From positions 392,788-456,787 of the forward strand of contig CP064989.1 of the NCBI GenBank assembly GCA_016699875.1: a DNA stretch of 64,000 nucleotides, written 5' to 3'. This DNA is from Candidatus Moraniibacteriota bacterium (GTDB lineage: Bacteria; Patescibacteriota; Minisyncoccia; Moranbacterales; UBA1568). The notes under the pieces are model-generated. The model did no database searches, had not been told where the DNA came from, and was given only the letters and a program-made list of their open reading frames with translations. Both the position numbers and the translations under genes were made by a program. This document shows, in pieces, positions 37,429-48,561 of the stretch (positions within the stretch are counted from its first letter, which is position 1; each line of letters begins with the position of its first letter).

Positions 37429-37833
37429 ATGAACATACACAAAGCAGCTGGCATCATCATACGAGACAGAAATCTACTGGTAGAGAAATCGAAAAATAAA
37501 GACTTCTTCATCTCTCCAGGAGGATCCATTGAACCAGGAGAAACTGCCAAGCAGGCTCTCGCAAGAGAGTTGATGGAGGAATTCCAGATAATTGTCGAGG
37601 AGGGTGATATGGAGTCATTTGGAACATTTTCTGCAGCAGCCGCAGGAAACGAATCAAAGACAGTTATCATGGAAGTTTTTATGATTAAAGCTTTCCGAGG
37701 CGAACCGACGCCTGATAGCGAAGTAGAAAAAATAGCATGGATAAACTCCGTCATTCCCCAAGAAATGAAAGTCGGATCAATATTCGAACATCAAGTTATC
37801 CCTCTCCTCAAGAAACGCGACCTTATAGATTAA
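37429..37833 (+). CDS. NUDIX hydrolase
   Basis: GGSIEPGETAKQALARELMEEFQI = Nudix box GX5EX7REUXEEXGU. Confidence 0.8.
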   Translation: MNIHKAAGIIIRDRNLLVEKSKNKDFFISPGGSIEPGETAKQALARELMEEFQIIVEEGDMESFGTFSAAAAGNESKTVIMEVFMIKAFRGEPTPDSEVEKIAWINSVIPQEMKVGSIFEHQVIPLLKKRDLID

Positions 37834-37955
37834 ACACTTGGTTGAGCAAGAAATAAGGGTGTCATTTTCCGGACACTCTTTCTTATTGGAGCTGTATCCT
37901 TGCCAATAGCCCATTGCTCCCGTATACTCCCAAGGAATTTTCAAGCTCATCCGCT

Positions 37956-39068
37956 ATGCATGACAGCCTATTCCTCCACTGCCTCGGAAAAATATCCGGT
38001 GTCGGCGCCGAAAAACTTCGGAAAATCGCCGCTCACTTCGAGACATTCGAATCGGCATGGGACGCGCCACTCGAAGAATTCATCCGCGCTGGCATTCCAA
38101 GCAAACTTGCCGAGACAATCGTTCACACTCGCAAACACATCTCACCGGAAAGAGAATTCGAAACTCTGGAACAGCACCGGGTTCGCCTCATCTCCAGAGA
38201 AAGCGAGAATTACCCCGCTCTCCTCGCAGAAATCCCCAATCCGCCGGCACTACTCTATCTTCGTGGAGACATTGATTTCAACAGACGTCCCATGATCACA
38301 CTCGTCGGTACCCGGAAACCCACCGAATACGGTATCGGCATCGCGAGAGAATTTGCGAGCGAGCTCGCAAAAAGCGGCATCGCAGTGATCTCAGGTATGG
38401 CGCTCGGCATCGACAAAGCAGCGCACCAGGGCGCCCTCGATGGCGGAGGCGTCACGATTGCCGTTCTCGGCAACGGACTCGACGACGCCTCGATTTCGCC
38501 GCGCACCCACCTCGATCTCGCTCACACCATCAGCCTTCATGGCGCGCTGCTCTCCGACTACCCGCCGGGAACCGGCGCTTCCGAAGGCACCTTCCCCGCG
38601 CGCAATCGCATCATGGCAGGATTGTCGCTCGGCACCGTCGTCATCGAAGCATCGGAAAAAAGCGGCACGCTCATCACGGCAAACCTCGCACTCGATTTCA
38701 ATCGCGAAGTCTTCGCCGTTCCGGGATCAATCTATTCCGAGAACTCCCGCGGACCGCACGCGCTCATCAAGAGAGGAGCTATTCTCACTGCAAGTCTCTC
38801 AGATATTCTCGATGCCCTCCCGCTTTCGAAAGAGCGCGAAAATCGCGAAATACTTTCCGAACAAACCGAATCCGATCAGGAAAATATCTCCGCTGATGAA
38901 GAACGTCTTCTCAAAATATTGGGAAGTGATACCATGCACATTGACGCGCTCATCAAACACTCTACACTGGAAACATCGAACGCACTCTCCGCACTCGCCT
39001 TTCTCGAAATGAAAGGCTTGGTAAAAAACATCGGCAACATGCACTATATTCGAACATATCGAGTATAA
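37956..39068 (+). CDS. dprA: DNA processing protein DprA (Smf)
   Basis: ITLVGTRKPTEYGIGIAREFASELAKSGIAVISGMALGIDKAAHQGALDGGGVTIAVLGNGLD (Rossmann DprA core) plus C-terminal winged helix. Confidence 0.88.
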   Translation: MHDSLFLHCLGKISGVGAEKLRKIAAHFETFESAWDAPLEEFIRAGIPSKLAETIVHTRKHISPEREFETLEQHRVRLISRESENYPALLAEIPNPPALLYLRGDIDFNRRPMITLVGTRKPTEYGIGIAREFASELAKSGIAVISGMALGIDKAAHQGALDGGGVTIAVLGNGLDDASISPRTHLDLAHTISLHGALLSDYPPGTGASEGTFPARNRIMAGLSLGTVVIEASEKSGTLITANLALDFNREVFAVPGSIYSENSRGPHALIKRGAILTASLSDILDALPLSKERENREILSEQTESDQENISADEERLLKILGSDTMHIDALIKHSTLETSNALSALAFLEMKGLVKNIGNMHYIRTYRV

Positions 39069-39151
39069 ATTCAAAGGGATCGCCTCCAACACAATGCTCG
39101 AGGAATCCTTTTAGAGCACACACTATATTATTTGAAATCCCCTCATTTTCT

Positions 39152-41329
39152 ATGAAACTTGTTATCGTTGAGTCACCATCGAAGGCGAAAACCATCCAGA
39201 AATACCTTGGAAAGGAATACCAGGTTGTCGCCTCCGTGGGACACATACGCGATCTCCCAAAAAGCAATAAAAAGGCGATCGATGTCAAAGGCGGATTCAT
39301 CCCGCATTATGAAGTAACCCCCGGCAAAGAAAATATCGTCTCAACGCTATCGCGCCTCACCAAAAAGGCAGGCGAAGTCTACCTCGCCACCGACCCCGAC
39401 CGCGAAGGCGAAGCTATTGCCTGGCACATTGCCGAAGCCTGCGGATTAAAGCGCCCGAAGCGCGTCGCCTTCCACGAAATCACGAGAAACGCTGTTACCG
39501 AAGGCATACGCCACCCGCGATCCATAGACCAGAATCTCCGTCGAGCCCAAGAAGCACGGCGTGTTTTGGATCGGCTTGTGGGATATGACCTCTCGGGACT
39601 CATCTGGAAAAAACTCCGCTACGGTCTCTCTGCCGGCCGCGTCCAATCCCCCGCACTCCGTATCTTGGTCGAGAAAGAACGGGAAATAGCCGCCTTTGTC
39701 CCTGAAGACTTCTGGGTTATCACCGCACATGCCGACTGCCCCGATAAAACACCGATCACGCTCACCTGTTCCAAGGAACCGCGCGAAGAACATGAAGTCG
39801 ATGACATTCTGAAAAGAGCGCGCGCCGGTTCCTGGTCCGTACTCGATGTCAAAGAATCCGAAGCATCGCGGGCACCCTCTCCACCATTCACTACTTCAAC
39901 CCTTCAGCAGTCCGCGAGTTCCCGACTCGGATTCTCACCCGCAAACACCATGCGAATCGCACAGAAGCTCTACGAATCGGGATTCATCACCTACATGCGA
40001 ACCGACAGCGTCACCATTAGCAAAGACGCGCAGAAAACAGCGACCGATTTCATTCTCAAAAAGTTCGGCGACCAATTCTCCGAGCCTCGCATCTATACCA
40101 CGAAGTCAAAGAATGCTCAGGAGGCACACGAGGCTATTCGTCCGACAGATCCCTCGCGCGAGAAAGCCGGCGCAAGCCCCGACCAACAGAAACTCTACAC
40201 GCTCATATTTCGCCGTACCATCGCCTCGCAAATGGCGAGCGCCCGCATGCTTCGCACCAAAGTCATTGCCAATATCGCCGATCGGTCGATTCCCGACTTC
40301 GTCGCCAATGGCTCGCGACTTCTCTTCCCGGGCTGGCTCGAGATTGATCCCTTTGCACGGCAAGACGATATGGATGTGCCAAAACTCTCTCCGGGCAGCA
40401 CTCTCAGACTTCGCTCGGTCGATTCCGAAAAGAAGCAAACCGAGCCACCACGCCGTTACTCCGAAGCGGGACTCGTCAAAGAACTTGAGAAGCGCGGTAT
40501 CGGAAGACCAAGTACATACGCTTCGATTATCAAGACGCTTCTTGACAGAGACTACGCCACCAAAGATGGCCGGGCGCTCCATGCCACCGAAACCGGAGAA
40601 GCCGTGAGCTCGTTCCTCGAAAAGCACTTCGCAGAAATCGTGAGCGACACCTTCACAGCCGATATGGAACAAGAGCTCGACGATATCTCAAACGGCGAAC
40701 GCGACTATGAAAAAACTCTCAAGAATTTCTACACGCCATTCTCCAAAGAGGTGAAATCCAAAGACAAACTAGAGAAAATCAACAACCTTGGCGACGCACC
40801 CAAAGACCTCCTCTGCCCCGAGTGCGGCAGCAGCATGGTTCGGAAACTCGGCAAAAACGGCGTTTTCTACAGCTGCTCGCGATTCCCGGACTGCAAAGGC
40901 GCACGCATGAAAGACGGCTCACTCATCCCTGAAGACAAAGATGTTGGCGAGCCCTGTCCCGAATGCGGCAGCCCACTTGTCGAGAAGATGGGGCGGTTCG
41001 GACCATTTATCGCCTGCAGCACCTATCCGAAATGCAAATTTATCAAAGGCTCCGCCACACAGACAACCGGCGTCACGTGCCCCGTCTGTCAAAAAGGTGA
41101 GATGGTCGAAAAACGCGGACGCTTCGGCACATTCTACAGCTGTTCCAACTATCCCGACTGCAAGCACGCCATCAAAGCACGTCCGACCGGCAAGCGCTGC
41201 TCATTCATCCGCGACGGCAAACCCTGTGACGCTCTCATGATGGAAGGAACCAAAACCATCCCCGAACGCTGTTCCGACCGCACCTGCCCCAATCATAACC
41301 CTCATCTCCTCGAGAAGAAAAAGAAGTAA
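39152..41329 (+). CDS. topA: DNA topoisomerase I with C-terminal zinc-ribbon repeats
   Basis: MKLVIVESPSKAKTIQKYLG (Toprim), active-site Tyr region, and four CxxC...CxxC C-terminal zinc ribbons (CPECGS, CPECGSPL, CPVCQKG, CSNYPDC). Confidence 0.92.
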   Translation: MKLVIVESPSKAKTIQKYLGKEYQVVASVGHIRDLPKSNKKAIDVKGGFIPHYEVTPGKENIVSTLSRLTKKAGEVYLATDPDREGEAIAWHIAEACGLKRPKRVAFHEITRNAVTEGIRHPRSIDQNLRRAQEARRVLDRLVGYDLSGLIWKKLRYGLSAGRVQSPALRILVEKEREIAAFVPEDFWVITAHADCPDKTPITLTCSKEPREEHEVDDILKRARAGSWSVLDVKESEASRAPSPPFTTSTLQQSASSRLGFSPANTMRIAQKLYESGFITYMRTDSVTISKDAQKTATDFILKKFGDQFSEPRIYTTKSKNAQEAHEAIRPTDPSREKAGASPDQQKLYTLIFRRTIASQMASARMLRTKVIANIADRSIPDFVANGSRLLFPGWLEIDPFARQDDMDVPKLSPGSTLRLRSVDSEKKQTEPPRRYSEAGLVKELEKRGIGRPSTYASIIKTLLDRDYATKDGRALHATETGEAVSSFLEKHFAEIVSDTFTADMEQELDDISNGERDYEKTLKNFYTPFSKEVKSKDKLEKINNLGDAPKDLLCPECGSSMVRKLGKNGVFYSCSRFPDCKGARMKDGSLIPEDKDVGEPCPECGSPLVEKMGRFGPFIACSTYPKCKFIKGSATQTTGVTCPVCQKGEMVEKRGRFGTFYSCSNYPDCKHAIKARPTGKRCSFIRDGKPCDALMMEGTKTIPERCSDRTCPNHNPHLLEKKKK

Positions 41330-41337
41330 CTCTCTCC

Positions 41338-42327
41338 TCACTCAATACTTGTTCTTCCATCCGAAGAAAGTCTCAGAGGGAATTCCCGAAATGATATCGA
41401 ATTATCCGGAGCAATCGAAGCCTCGACCAAGAGACCCCTCATCGTTTCCGAGCTGAAGTATTGATCAAAAATGAAATTGCCAAGAGAATAATAGATTGTC
41501 TTGCCGCGATAGACCTCGCGCTCTTGAACGACATGCGGATGTGAGCCGATTATCATATCGGCCCCCCGATCGACAAAGAGATGCGCGAGACGCTTTTCTT
41601 CATCGGTTGCCGGAGCATACTCAGCACCCCAATGCGTATAGACAACCAGTATATCTACCGCCGAATGGAGGCGATCGATATCGGAAAGAGCGCGAGACTC
41701 GGCATCCGCGTAAAACTGATTGTAGTTTACAAATCCTATTCTTTTCCCGCGAATAATAGCGTCATATGAGCGAAATGAATCATCTGTCGGGTCGCCAAAA
41801 AATTTCACGCCGGCATCTCGCAAAAATTGCCTCGTTTCAACAAGTCCCGACTCGCCGAAGTTGAGAATGTGATTATTTCCAATATTCACAAGATGGATAT
41901 TCGCATGAGCGAGCACGTCTGCCCATTTGGAATTGAAGGTAAAGACGTAATTCCTCGCTTCGCCGATCGCTGATCCCGCACTCTCTGATTCGCTCGAGGT
42001 AATCGGTCCTTCAAGATTTGCCACCACGAGATCGGCTGACGAGAGCTGAGCTCGAATGCCATCAAATATTGCCTCCTTCCCCATCCTATCCGATTGCGTC
42101 CGAATATACCGGTCGAACATCATATCGCCCGCAAAAAGAAGGCGGATTGGAGACTGAATATCGGTATCACCAAACACTTCCTGACTGCTAATTTCCTCGT
42201 TTTTAATGGGGAAAAATTTCATTTCCATAAAAGATTGCTCGCGAAATTTCGCACGAAAGAGAAAAAACAAGAATCCCGAAAGCACGAGAAGCAACACACC
42301 TGATGCAAGAAGAAGTCTGGCCTTCAT
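41338..42327 (-). CDS. CapA-family (PGA_cap) membrane-anchored metallophosphatase
   Basis: N-terminal TM; GDMMFDR, ADLVVANLE, NHILNFG, VYTHWGAEY, GADMIIGSHPHVVQ, SLGNFIFDQ, the canonical CapA/calcineurin-like motifs. Confidence 0.75.
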   Translation of the reverse strand: MKARLLLASGVLLLVLSGFLFFLFRAKFREQSFMEMKFFPIKNEEISSQEVFGDTDIQSPIRLLFAGDMMFDRYIRTQSDRMGKEAIFDGIRAQLSSADLVVANLEGPITSSESESAGSAIGEARNYVFTFNSKWADVLAHANIHLVNIGNNHILNFGESGLVETRQFLRDAGVKFFGDPTDDSFRSYDAIIRGKRIGFVNYNQFYADAESRALSDIDRLHSAVDILVVYTHWGAEYAPATDEEKRLAHLFVDRGADMIIGSHPHVVQEREVYRGKTIYYSLGNFIFDQYFSSETMRGLLVEASIAPDNSISFREFPLRLSSDGRTSIE

Positions 42328-42479
42328 AACAAAAAATCAACAAGCTAAAAGTATTCCGTCAATCTACCACGATCCCCGAACACGTCAATGGCGACATTGA
42401 CACAACAGAAGCAGTGCCTCTGTGCATTTCGGAAATATGGTATATACTGTGAGCATCCATACATTTCCAAAAAGAATCC

Positions 42480-42896
42480 ATGAAATTCTCTCACACATCG
42501 GCTTATTGCGAGAATTGCGGAGAAAATATTTCCGCCGAGATTGCATTCTGCCGAAGTTGCGGAACCGCTCTTTCTGAAAATCAAGTAAAAAGAAACATCG
42601 AACAATCCCGAGCAGGAAAGAATATTCCGAGAGCTCCCTTAGGAAGCGATCTTTTTTCGCGAAAGATTCCCGGAGCTATCCTTGTCGGCTTCTTGGAATT
42701 CCTTTTTGCAATCGGGATCTTCGTTGTCTCCTTCCTCATAAGTATGAATTTCTTCCCGGATATAGCCGATGGGAAAACAGTCCGCCTTTCAACCTACTTT
42801 ATTGTCATGATGACCACATTTGTCGCTGGACTCACTCTGGGCTCATATATATCAAGAAAATTCCGAGAACGCTACCCGAAAGCATTCGAACAGTGA
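42480..42896 (+). CDS. Zinc-ribbon-containing membrane protein
   Basis: CENCGENISAEIAFCRSCGTAL followed by two TM helices. Confidence 0.5.
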   Translation: MKFSHTSAYCENCGENISAEIAFCRSCGTALSENQVKRNIEQSRAGKNIPRAPLGSDLFSRKIPGAILVGFLEFLFAIGIFVVSFLISMNFFPDIADGKTVRLSTYFIVMMTTFVAGLTLGSYISRKFRERYPKAFEQ

Positions 42897-43052
42897 GAAA
42901 CCGCCAGACTCAAGCAAAAAAGGAACGTGCCCGGTAAGCCTGCATACGGGCTGTTTTTTATTCACAGACATTCCAAAAACATGTCATGAGCAGAGTCAAA
43001 AAAGGGTGGTATTTTGTCTCAAGTGGGATATACTGGATGAAAAACATGCCCT

Positions 43053-44540
43053 ATGTCCCTCGTACTCGAAGACATCTTCAAAGCCTGCAAATTCCCTCCC
43101 TCAAGCGAAGGTCGGCGATTCATCACGTCCGCATTCGCGCTTGCAGATGAAGCGCATCGCGGGCAAAAGCGCAAGTCCGGAGAGAACTACATCGAGCATT
43201 CACTGGCTGTCGGAAAGATCCTCGCAGAAATCGGCATGGAGTCTCGCACTATCGCCGCCGGACTCCTCCATGATGTTCCCGAAGACACCTCCGTCTCGCT
43301 CGAAACCATACGCACGCAATTTGGAAACGAAGTCGCCGTACTGGTCGACGGCGTCACCAAACTCGGGAAGATTCGCCTCCGCGGTTCGCGCGAAGAATAC
43401 TACCTCGAAAATCTCCGCAAGATGTTTCTCGCCATGGCGGAAGATATTCGTGTTGTCATCGTAAAACTCGCCGATCGTCTCCACAACATGCGTACGCTCG
43501 ACTATCTCCCGCCAGAGAAACAGCTTCGAATCGCTCGCGAGACCATGGAAATATTCGCCCCGATCGCAAATCGGCTCGGTATCGGCGAGGTCAAAGGCGA
43601 ACTCGAAGATTTGGCATTCAAATACCTCGATCCCGAAGCACATGAAAAAACTCTTGCGATTGTCAAAGAGTACATGCGCGAAAGCGACTCATACCTCGAC
43701 CGGTGCGTCGCTGGTATCCGCGAAAGCCTCACCAGAGACGGCGTCCGCATCATTCATATTGAGGGCCGCTCCAAGCGACTCTATCGGCTCTACCAGAAGC
43801 TCCGACGCCATGACATGGATATCAAGCGCGTCTATGATCTCGTCGCCGTTCGCATAATTGTGTCTGGTGTCTCCGACTGCTATGAAGCTTTCGGCGCCGT
43901 CCACAAAAGTTACCGTCCCATGGTCGGCCGCATCAAGGATTATATCTCCCTCCCGAAGCCGAACAACTATCAATCCCTCCACACGACTGTCTTCGGTCCG
44001 GAGGGACGCATCATCGAGATCCAGATCCGCACACAGAAGATGCATGACGAGGCGGAACTGGGCATTGCCGCGCACTGGGCCTATGCCGAGAAAGAGCGGA
44101 GCACCAGCTGGCGCAAACTCTTCTTTCGCCGCCATGAAACAGCGCCCCCCAAAGAGCTTGCCTGGGTCAAGCAACTTCAGGAGTGGCAAAAAGAAATCGG
44201 GCAAGACAACCGCGAATTCCTTGAAGGTATCAAGATTGACTTTTTCAAAAACCATATCTTCGCCTTCACTCCCAAGGGAGATATTATCGAGCTCCCCGAA
44301 GAGGCGACACCGGTCGACTTCGCCTATGCTATACACAGCGAAATCGGCAACAGCATGACCAGCGCTAAGGTTGATGGAAAAATTGCCACGCTCGATCATC
44401 ACATCAAGAACGGTGAAGTCATTGAAATCATCACCGACAAAGGCCGCAAGAAACCCAACCAAGACTGGCTCCGATTCGTCAAAACCTCCATCGCCAAATC
44501 CCACATCCAGAAACAGCTCCGCAAAGAGGGGGTAATCTAG
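43053..44540 (+). CDS. (p)ppGpp synthetase/hydrolase of the RelA/SpoT family, short form (HD + synthetase + TGS, no ACT/RRM)
   Basis: HD motif HRGQKRKSGENYIEHSLAV...LLHDVPEDT; synthetase RSKRLYRLYQK...YDLVAVRIIV...QSLHTTV; TGS GDIIELPEEATPVDFAYAIHSEIG; ends about 30 aa after TGS (495 aa). Confidence 0.85.
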   Translation: MSLVLEDIFKACKFPPSSEGRRFITSAFALADEAHRGQKRKSGENYIEHSLAVGKILAEIGMESRTIAAGLLHDVPEDTSVSLETIRTQFGNEVAVLVDGVTKLGKIRLRGSREEYYLENLRKMFLAMAEDIRVVIVKLADRLHNMRTLDYLPPEKQLRIARETMEIFAPIANRLGIGEVKGELEDLAFKYLDPEAHEKTLAIVKEYMRESDSYLDRCVAGIRESLTRDGVRIIHIEGRSKRLYRLYQKLRRHDMDIKRVYDLVAVRIIVSGVSDCYEAFGAVHKSYRPMVGRIKDYISLPKPNNYQSLHTTVFGPEGRIIEIQIRTQKMHDEAELGIAAHWAYAEKERSTSWRKLFFRRHETAPPKELAWVKQLQEWQKEIGQDNREFLEGIKIDFFKNHIFAFTPKGDIIELPEEATPVDFAYAIHSEIGNSMTSAKVDGKIATLDHHIKNGEVIEIITDKGRKKPNQDWLRFVKTSIAKSHIQKQLRKEGVI

Positions 44541-44589
44541 AGTAGGTTAAGCATCTCAAATTCTCGACATTGATTTTTTTCGAAAAAAA

Positions 44590-44611
44590 CCGTCCCGATT
44601 TCTCGGGACGG
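44590..44611. terminator. Bidirectional rho-independent terminator between the convergent rel and groEL genes
   Basis: ccgtcccga-tttc-tcgggacgg perfect 9-bp stem, flanked by aaaaaaa upstream and ttttctattt downstream. Confidence 0.7.
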
Positions 44612-44648
44612 TTTTCTATTTCACTGCATCCGGAATCCCGGAAAAAAC

Positions 44649-46331
<1,683 letters not shown>

Positions 46332-46358
46332 CTAGCACTCAAAGTGTCAGACTGCTAA
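46332..46358 (-). promoter_or_regulatory. CIRCE operator (HrcA binding site) upstream of groEL
   Basis: CTAGCACTC-AAAGTGTCA-GACTGCTAA versus consensus TTAGCACTC-N9-GAGTGCTAA (two mismatches), positioned just downstream of the -10 box. Confidence 0.7.
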
Positions 46359-46362
46359 ACGC

Positions 46363-46391
46363 ATTGTAAGAAAAGAAAAATCACCTGTCAA
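46363..46391 (-). promoter_or_regulatory. Sigma70-type promoter of groEL (TTGACA-N17-TACAAT)
   Basis: Minus-strand TTGACA (46386-46391), 17-nt spacer, TACAAT (46363-46368): a perfect -35 and near-perfect -10. Confidence 0.6.
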
Positions 46392-46468
46392 GGTTCAAAA
46401 AACAAAAGGGCGGCAAATAGTTTTGCACACCCCTTGAAAAGATTCCTCCTTTTCGCCACACGAGAGAC

Positions 46469-46861
46469 CTACGCCACAACTTCCGAAATCGACATGTTGT
46501 TCAAATCGAAAGTCGTGCGTCGGCTATTCAGAAATATCGATACATTACAGAGAATCACGAGGGCAGGGACCTTCATGCAAGGAATTTGATCCAGCATTTC
46601 TTCTGCCTCCTGCAAATGATTCAACAAAGTTGGACTCGTAAGACACCACTCTATTCGAAGATTTTCCCAATCTTGATCATCCAATGAGCCTTCACTCATC
46701 ACTCGATCAATGTCCGATAGAAGATCACGAACATCAGCAAGCATTTGTTTTGGATCATCTCCGTTTGAAAGAAGGTCCTGCGCCATTAGCGCTGCCACGG
46801 CAGTCCCGTGTTTACTGAGATACAAACCATACAACCCAGCATCAAGCGGTGCAAAGATCAT
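46469..46861 (-). CDS. Hypothetical acidic protein (130 aa)
   Basis: ATG at 46861: MIFAPLDAGLYGLYLSKHGTAVAALMAQDLLSNGDDPKQMLADVRDLLSD.... The longer six-frame ORF (to 47152) overlaps the ychF 3' end in another frame. Not GroES. Confidence 0.4.
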   Translation of the reverse strand: MIFAPLDAGLYGLYLSKHGTAVAALMAQDLLSNGDDPKQMLADVRDLLSDIDRVMSEGSLDDQDWENLRIEWCLTSPTLLNHLQEAEEMLDQIPCMKVPALVILCNVSIFLNSRRTTFDLNNMSISEVVA

Positions 46862-46941
46862 GATCTGAAATCCTCCAAGATGAAAAACGCTGAAAGGTGC
46901 TACAACGAAAAAAATACCACATTTCCAAAAAAACACAAGAT

Positions 46942-47991
46942 CTACACCCGGAACACTATCACATCGCCGTCCTGAACGATATACTCTTTTCCTTCCAAAC
47001 GGAGCGTCCCAGCCTCGCGCGCGGCACTCCACGACCCGGCAGCGAGAAGTGCCTCCCAGCCGATCACCTCGGCGCGAATGAACCGATCTTTGAAATCCGT
47101 ATGAATCGCCGCCCCAGCAAGGGGCGCCGTCGATCCCTGCGCCACCGTCCACCCGCGTGTCTCCGTCTCGCCCGTTGTGAAGAACGTCATAAGCCCCAAG
47201 AGCGAATAGGTCTCTCGAATGAGGTCGCCGATTTTCGACGAAAGCCCGAGCTCCGCCTGATCGTCCGCACTCATAGAAAAAAGCTCTTCCTCTATCTTCA
47301 CATCGAGCCGCACATGGGGGCGTGCGGCAAGTTCCGGTGGAAGCGCCGCCTCCGGGTCCGACATATTGTATACAAAGAGAAACGGCTTTGCCGTAAGAAG
47401 TTGCAGCTCACGAAACACCCGCTTCGAATCTTCGCTCTCGACAATACCGGCCTCCCGCACAAGCTTCCCCGCCTGGAGCGCCGACTCGATGTGTTCCAGT
47501 ATCGGCATTTCGGCAAGCGCCTCTTTCTTCCCGGCGCGAGCATCTTTCACAGTCTTCAATTTCCGCTTCTCCACTGTCTCCATGTCCGCCAAGATAAGCT
47601 CGGTATGAATAATGTCGATATCCTCCACGGGCGCGACACGATCGTGTACGTGGATAATATCCGGATTTTCAAAGAGCCTCACCACTTCGACGATCGCATC
47701 CGCCTCGCGGATATTCGCCAGAAACTTATTGCCAAGCCCTTCGCCCTTAGACGCTCCAGCAACAAGCCCGGCAATATCCACAAACTCCACCACCGGCGGA
47801 ATCACTTTCGCCGACTTCGACATCGCCGCGAGCTTCGCAAGCCGCGCATCCGGCACCGGCACGATGCCCACATTGGGTTCGATCGTGCAAAAAGGATAAT
47901 TGTTGATATCGACCGCCTTCCCAGAGAGCGCCTTAAACAAGGTCGACTTCCCCACATTCGGCAACCCGACAATTCCCGCTTTGAGAGACAT
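46942..47991 (-). CDS. ychF: Ribosome-binding ATPase YchF (Obg-family GTPase)
   Basis: MSLKAGIVGLPNVGKSTLFKALS, TGS-like C-terminal domain ...YIVQDGDVIVFRV. Confidence 0.92.
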   Translation of the reverse strand: MSLKAGIVGLPNVGKSTLFKALSGKAVDINNYPFCTIEPNVGIVPVPDARLAKLAAMSKSAKVIPPVVEFVDIAGLVAGASKGEGLGNKFLANIREADAIVEVVRLFENPDIIHVHDRVAPVEDIDIIHTELILADMETVEKRKLKTVKDARAGKKEALAEMPILEHIESALQAGKLVREAGIVESEDSKRVFRELQLLTAKPFLFVYNMSDPEAALPPELAARPHVRLDVKIEEELFSMSADDQAELGLSSKIGDLIRETYSLLGLMTFFTTGETETRGWTVAQGSTAPLAGAAIHTDFKDRFIRAEVIGWEALLAAGSWSAAREAGTLRLEGKEYIVQDGDVIVFRV

Positions 47992-48055
47992 ACTGCCATC
48001 ATCAAAAAAGAAGAGGACTCCGCTCACTGCATGCTAGCGGAATCCAAAGAAAATG

Positions 48056-48526
48056 TCACGCGATACGTTGAATTTTGACACCAAGCTCTCCTTCGGGCAA
48101 ATAAAGATACCCGGCATCACACATCACCTGAATCAAGCCAGGAAAAATAGGTTGCTTCTGCTTCCTACACCGAAGAAGTCGCCCTGGCGTTACCCATGCA
48201 AAATTCAGATGCTCTTCAGGATTCAAAGTCACTACCGTTGACGGGGTCGAGAGATTTAATGCGAAGGAAACACACTCCCACAAACCTTCCAAGCCAAGGT
48301 CGAGACGATGCGTCATGAGACGATGCAATTGACGAGTAGGAGCACTCACAACAATACCTGTTTCCTCCAAAAGTTCTCGCAACACTGCATCGAAAGAACT
48401 CTCACCTGCCTCCGCTTTTCCCCCTGGAATTCCCCAACGGCAATCCTTCTTTCTCCGAAGAACCAAAAAATGGTCCCAACGCCATACGAACACGATAACT
48501 GCCCGCTCATACACACCATCACGCAT
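48056..48526 (-). CDS. NUDIX hydrolase (MutT-like)
   Basis: GIPGGKAEAGESSFDAVLRELLEETGI Nudix box. Confidence 0.8.
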   Translation of the reverse strand: MRDGVYERAVIVFVWRWDHFLVLRRKKDCRWGIPGGKAEAGESSFDAVLRELLEETGIVVSAPTRQLHRLMTHRLDLGLEGLWECVSFALNLSTPSTVVTLNPEEHLNFAWVTPGRLLRCRKQKQPIFPGLIQVMCDAGYLYLPEGELGVKIQRIA

Positions 48527-48561
48527 TTCTTTTCTCCTTTTTCCAAAGAACTACATTTATT

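Noticed and set aside
46469-47152. 227-aa form of the gene upstream of groEL, and the possibility that it is GroES
   Set aside because: The N-terminal 97 residues overlap the ychF 3' end in another frame, so the internal Met at 46861 is the likely start. The sequence has no GroES mobile-loop or beta-barrel signature.
46897-48078. 393-aa plus-strand ORF
   Set aside because: Antisense to ychF (Walker A GLPNVGKST plus TGS domain). Arg/His-rich low-complexity translation.
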